Assembly: GCF_009914755.1 (NCBI RefSeq)
Contig: NC_060934.1
DNA: 64,000 nucleotides
Source: the human T2T-CHM13v2.0 reference genome, Homo sapiens
Reading direction: 5' to 3' (one strand)
Shown here: one piece after another, positions 55,913-64,000 of the stretch
Layout: every line of letters starts with the position of its first letter
Numbering within the stretch: the first letter of the stretch is position 1
Position numbers and translations under genes: made by a program
Notes under the pieces: model-generated
What the model was told of the DNA's origin: nothing
Databases searched by the model: none
What the model saw: only the letters and a program-made list of their open reading frames with translations

Positions 55913-56339
55913 GCTGAGACCAGGTTCCCTACTGTGGCTGATGATCACACTCATCTAGCTTGACATTTTATTACTGTCATTTGAGATCTTGTCTGTTCAC
56001 CCACACACACTCCTGCCGACCTCTCCAATCTGAGTCCAAGCTCCCTGCGGGCTGGGACCACATCCCTAGGTACCCCTCCCCGTCAGAACCTGGCACACAC
56101 TGAGGCTAAATGCTTGTTGGAGTGGCTATTTGTGAACCATCTGTGCTGGGAGCGGTGGAGACTGCGCCCACGGCTGAAGGGCAGAGTTTAGGCTGCAGTC
56201 CAGGGCTAGTTGGAGCCACAAAACCATTTGAGAGTGGGCCAAGAGGGGACTTGGCAGGTTGCTCATCCATGCTGATCCAAATACTCACTCGGGAGAGAAT
56301 GAAACGTTTTAGAGTGCCTTCTTCAACATACGCTACTTA

Positions 56340-56930
56340 GACCGGGCGAATTCCTCCCAAAAAAACCTTGCCCTCAGGTAGGTTACCCATGAAAGAAGGG
56401 GGCCTGGCCGCGGCTCTTTCCGTTCCAGGAGGCAGACAGCGGAGTGCTGAGGCCGTGTCCCCGTGTGGTGAATAAATGCCCGGGAGGGCGGGCTGCCTTC
56501 AGGGCTCCTCTCTCCGCTCATCTCCGCTTGTGTGCGCCGTGGGCTCTCGCTGCGTGGGGGGAAGGCGGTCTCAGCAGCCCTCGGCTGACCAGTCATCCCC
56601 AAGAACCCTGCTGGCATCCCAGGGAACAGACAGTGTCTTTCCTGGAAGTTCTGGCAAAAGCCCTGGGAGGACTCCGGGGCCCCCACGGATCACAGGCCCT
56701 GACCTGATTGGCTAGAACTGAGGCATGGCCACCCTTGAACCTGTCATTATGGCCAGAGAGAGAGGCCTCTGATTGGCTGTGACTAAGTGACGTGTCCATC
56801 CGTGACCGTAGCACTGTGGCCAGGAGACAGAGGCCTTTTGATTGGCTGTGACTGAGTCACGTGCCTGTCTCCGTAGCATGGGAGGCGTCAGCTCCCCTTT
56901 TAGATTCAGAGGCTTGGGTTGAATTGGTGC
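56340..56930. promoter_or_regulatory. CpG-rich segment plus CCAAT/E-box/AP-1 cluster; candidate internal promoter or enhancer
   Basis: About 20 CpGs in 56341-56700 by my count; GC box near 56486; ATTGG at 56707, 56772, 56841, 56923; TGAGTCA 56853-56859; GTCACGTG 56856-56863. Confidence 0.55.
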
Positions 56931-57961
56931 AGACTGGGAGAAAGGAGGTTCCCTAAAGGAAAGGGAGATGGAACAGACCAAATTATCACATCCATAACGA
57001 TGAGAAATGGGGTTTATTAATGTGCCAGCATCTGGTCTGAGTGGTTTCTATGTATTGTCTTATTCATTCTTCGGGACGGTCCTAGGAGTTAGGTCTGCTT
57101 ACCGTCCGCAGTTTACAGACTAGACAACTGAGGGGCAGTGTCAAGCCTGTTGCCCCAGGTTACACAGGCAGTGAGCGATGGGCTGGGATTCAAACCAAGG
57201 CAGTTTAGCTCCAGAGCCCACACTGACACTCACAGCTACCACGAGATCCTCCCTCCCGGCAAGCCATAGCTTTACATCCTGTGGATAAGCATTTTGAGAC
57301 TAAGAATCAAAGTGTGCCAGCGCAGTGGTTGTGTTCATATCCCCTTGTTGCCTGGCGTATCTCAAGAGAAATCCTTTCTAGGGGGGATGGTATCTTAGCT
57401 CCTCTACACCAGGTAGACTATAGTCATCCCTTCCCTGCAAGTTGCTGTCCTTCCCAGGCTCTATCGCCCTCTTCCCTGTTTCCCACGAACTCATCCGACT
57501 GTGTCCCGTGCAGCTGCAACATCGATGGCCTAGTGTTCCGTGCTCCAGAGAGCCTGAGACAGCATGTTTCAGTGGTTCCTTCGAGTATCTTCCTGGCCAG
57601 AGAGAACTTCTTGGAGAGGCTTTAGCATCACTGCAGGAAGAACCAAAAGGGAAAGGGCCCCCATCCCAACTCCAGCATGCCCTTCTTGTTTTCAGAGGAG
57701 AACACAGAGGCCCAGAGAGGGCAAGTGAATTGCTTGAAGTAACACAGCAAATTGTTGGCTAACACCATGGTCTCTGGGCCTCTTGGTGGGAGTCTTGCAG
57801 TATTTCCTCTTCAGAACCCTCTTGGCTATTGAGTGGGTAAGCGCGGGTGACTTCCTGTCTCTGTGCCTTTAGTGCCTAACTGGAAAAGTCAGGGTTTTCA
57901 TAATTTGAAGCATCCTAAGACTGGGCTTTTCTCCAGTTGGGCAAAAATGATTTTTAAAAAC

Positions 57962-58420
57962 TGTATCCATTAGGATGCTTTGAATTAGAAGTAATTTCTA
58001 AAAGTGTTCAAACTGCCCTAAACAAGGAGAATGTGTTGTCTCATAAATCAGCTTTTCAGATATGGTTTGAGCTACAGGCATGGTTTGATCCAGAGATTCA
58101 TGACATCACCAGGGCACCAACTCTACTTCTTCTAATTTCCCAGCTCTCACCTCCTTGACGTGTCAGGCTCATCCTCATCGCGGCTTTTCTTGCAGTGTCA
58201 AGAACACTGCTGCAGCACCTGGCTTCACACCCACTCACCATGACCTCCAGAGGAAGAGAGCACCTCTGCTCCAGTGTTCCCAGGGAGTCTGCAGTCCACT
58301 CTGATTCGACTGGCTTACATTACAGGCCTGCCACCCTTATCCAGTCACTGTAATCAGAGAATGTGATGTGCTTAATGGCCACCAAGGAGATGGAATCACA
58401 GTCCCCAGAACTGCTGGCAT
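57962..58420 (-). mobile_element. Old MLT1 LTR
   Basis: tgtatccattaggatgcttt...ctacaggcatggtttgatccagagattcatgacatcaccaggg; similar element at approx. 50350-50790. Confidence 0.55.
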
Positions 58421-58612
58421 GTCCATACAGAAATCAGAGCATTGGACTGGGGGTGTGGGGTGGGGAGTAGAGGCTGGGTCATCACTGGTGCCTTCTTCTA
58501 CACTGACGTCTCTCTGAGTCTGTGAAGACCATGAAATGAAGAAGGCGTTCTGAGAGTTTGCCAGTCACCTTCCTCCATCCATCTAGGGCTCTGAGCCCAG
58601 GTGTGGGAATGA

Positions 58613-58801
<189 letters not shown>

Positions 58802-58966
58802 TGAGGGATGGTCCTGTGGTCCTCTGTGATCAGTGATTGTTTTGGCTCAAAGGAAAAGATAGATCTCATGGGTTAGAAGAGTGAGGAATAAACTCACTGC
58901 TTACAAAACTCCCACTACAGACTTTGATTAGGAATGCAAAATTGTCTGAGGATCTAAACACATGGG

Positions 58967-58982
58967 TGACCTTGGGTGACCT
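58967..58982 (-). promoter_or_regulatory. Perfect DR4 nuclear-receptor motif (AGGTCA-N4-AGGTCA on the minus strand)
   Basis: TGACCT tggg TGACCT on the plus strand. Motif only; function untested. Confidence 0.35.
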
Positions 58983-60047
58983 TGGGTGGGCCCCCTCCCC
59001 TCTGGACCTTAGTTGCTGTTGCTATAAAGTGGAGCCCTATCAGCTCTTTGATTCTGGAAGCCTGGGTTATTATGGGAGGCAGTGCCTGGGGAAGTTAGGC
59101 CTAGCTCTTGGATCTCAAGGCCCCTTCCTCCAGCTGAGAACCCATTTTATAGAATTCCAAAGCTTTTGTCTGTTTGTACAATTGTTTATTGTCTGCTTCC
59201 CCATTAGAATGCAAGCTCCCTGAGGGCAGGACCCTGGGCTTCCTGTTCATACCTGCCTCACACAGTGCCCAGAATCTATGGGCACTCAATACATGTCAAA
59301 TGAAGCACATGGCTGTCAAGCCGGTCTGACACCAATGGCTCCACTGGGCTCTGGCATGGATGACATGCCTGACACCATGGAGTCTTCCTTCAGATGTGCT
59401 TGTTATTCTTTGTTTAACAAATGCTGATTGATTGCATGGGCTTTTAAGACAGGTTGTGGGAATAGTCAGGAGTTCCTCTGCACCTGCCCGGGGAGCCTGG
59501 GCACCTCGGTTCAGCCAACTGCCCTTGGGTTTCTATCCGAGGAAGGAGGACAAGAGGGAAGGAAGAGGAGTGGAGAGCGGTCATGAAGGGTGTGAAGTCA
59601 TCCAGGCCCCTCCCCTCCCCGCCAGGTGCAGGGGCCGAGAGGCTGCTGTTTCCTGAAGGGCCCTCATGCCACCATTGGCTGCAGCCATCCCGACCTCTAT
59701 CTCAGTTTGGGGGACAACCCTTTAGGGTTTCAAGTCTCTGTATCTGCTTCAAGATCTCGATGTGCATCTCTAGACCCACAAACCAAATTGCCCACTGGAC
59801 ATCTCCACTGAAGTCACAAAGGCCCCCTTAAAGTCAGTAAGTCCCAAATGCACTCAGGACTTTCTCCCAGGACCCCAAAGCTACCAGCCCTGAGACATTA
59901 CCTGTTCCAGTGACCAGCACCCTATAGTCACCCGAGCCTGAAATCTTTGCACTCTTTGATGCCTTCCCCTCCTCGTCCTTCCCCAACCTGATCAGGCTCA
60001 TGTGCTTGGCTCCTTGACCCTGCCCAGGCCAGCTCCCTCCCCTCTGC

Positions 60048-60123
60048 AGGCTCTGCCTTGGGCTTAGGGGAGGCTCTGCCTTGGGCTTAGGGGAGGCTCT
60101 GCCTTGGGCTTCGGGCAGGCTCT
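60048..60123. repeat. 23-bp tandem repeat x3.3 (aggctctgccttgggcttagggg)
   Basis: Copies start at 60048, 60071, 60094, 60117. Confidence 0.93.
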
Positions 60124-60269
60124 TGGCGCCTCTTGTGTGAGTGATTACAGTAGTTTTCAATCTTAGCTGGGCGTTAGAAACACCTGGGGAGCCTTAAAAA
60201 CACACCAGAGCCTGAGCTGAAGCCCAGACCAATTAATTTGAATCTCTGGAGGTGGGGCCTAGTATTTTT

Positions 60270-61745
<1,476 letters not shown>

Positions 61746-62809
61746 GGTTATTACCACTAGGCCATCGATTCTAGCACCTATTGGCATTTTTCAAAGCTCC
61801 CAGGGGTTTAATGTGTATCCAGGGTTGGGAAGTAATGACATCTAGGATAAAGTCCAGGTTCCGAGGCTGACTTACCAGATCTTCCAGCATCAGCTCCTGC
61901 CCACCTTTTCACCATTGGCCTTCCCGGAGTCTTTCTTCAGCTCTGTGTTCTGGCCCGACCACCCACTTCTGGCGTTTCTGACTTGCCAGGACAGTTCAAG
62001 CCTCTTGGCCCTAGCTCCCTCAGGCCTCCCTGCCTGAAATCCTCCCCACAGTCCCATTTGCCTGGCAAATGCCTACTTGTCCTTCTGTCCCCTGTTCTCA
62101 GAGGCCCTCCCGATCTCCCTCTTCCTCTCTCTCCTGCTGTGCCCCTCTGCTGTGGGTGCTTGCTTCTCACATGCACCTGAGCCACACTGCTGCCCCGTGC
62201 TGGCAGAGGTGCATGATGCAGAGTGCAGCCTCCAGAGATAGGATGCCAAGACAAAATGGCTCTGCCACCATCTGTTGGTGAGACCATGGGCAGGTGTTTA
62301 ACCCCTCGTGTACTTCGTGTCTTCATCTGTAAGTGGGGATATAGCTGTATCTGATGATGGGCGAGGTGTTAGGTAGAGACTACATGAGTTCTTACCGCTC
62401 ACAACCATGTCTGGAATAGCACTGAGGCTCAGTGAACCTAGCCATTGAGGGGTCTGTGTGCCTGTTCCTCCACTAGCCAGAGCCTCTTTGTGGCACAGAC
62501 GTGGCCCATGGTCTGTGAATCCTCAGCCCACAGTGCCACACCTAACAGTTGAGTGATGCTCAGATTGGGCCCAGTGGAGGTTGGTGGCTTGCCTAGAGTC
62601 AAAGAGCATGTGAGGGGCAGAGGTAGGCCCAGAACCCAGGTCTCCTGGCTCCCAGTCCAGGCTCCTTCCTCTGCATCATGCTGCCTCTGAGACCATGAGC
62701 ATCATAAGCCAATGACATGGAATGTTCGAAGGTGAGAACTGGGATGGAAAAACAACTGGAGCAGGTTAAAGGAGGTTGGGAGTTTGGATATGGGGAGGCT
62801 GGTTGTATC

Positions 62810-64000
<1,191 letters not shown>

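Noticed and set aside
56367-56383. cttgccctcAG|GTAGGT as a recursive splice site
   Set aside because: Pyrimidine tract is short and preceded by an A-run; cannot be supported without nascent RNA data.

Overview
Human (or very close great-ape) genomic DNA from inside GRK5 (G protein-coupled receptor kinase 5, + strand; 10q26 by recall). The only protein-coding sequence I can support is exon 2 (4352-4447, 96 nt, residues 18-50, Gln41 allele) and exon 3 (58674-58786, 113 nt, residues 50-87), separated by a 54,226-nt GT-AG intron. That intron hosts the MIR4681 hairpin (55841-55912). The rest is intronic: about 20 Alu copies or fragments, L1, L2, MIR, MaLR solo LTRs (THE1, MST, MLT1), DNA-transposon relics and several micro/minisatellites. 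Apart from two that overlap exon 2, the ORF-track ORFs look like chance or repeat-derived frames. I found no convincing new multi-gene system. The best leads are: (1) a CpG-rich, multi-CCAAT, duplication-built candidate internal or antisense promoter at 56.3-56.95 kb; (2) a short L1PA insertion with three stacked poly(A) tails inside one TSD (serial 3' transduction); (3) a head-to-head MER8/MER2 chimera that appears to occupy a single TA site; (4) a 19-bp VNTR carrying 11 GTGAGT donor motifs behind a strong acceptor (candidate poison exon); (5) a perfect DR4 element made by a 10-bp duplication just after exon 3; (6) a CArG-box cluster at 26.2-26.75 kb. Repeat subfamily names and ancient-repeat boundaries were assigned by eye and are approximate. 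All regulatory claims are motif-level inference.
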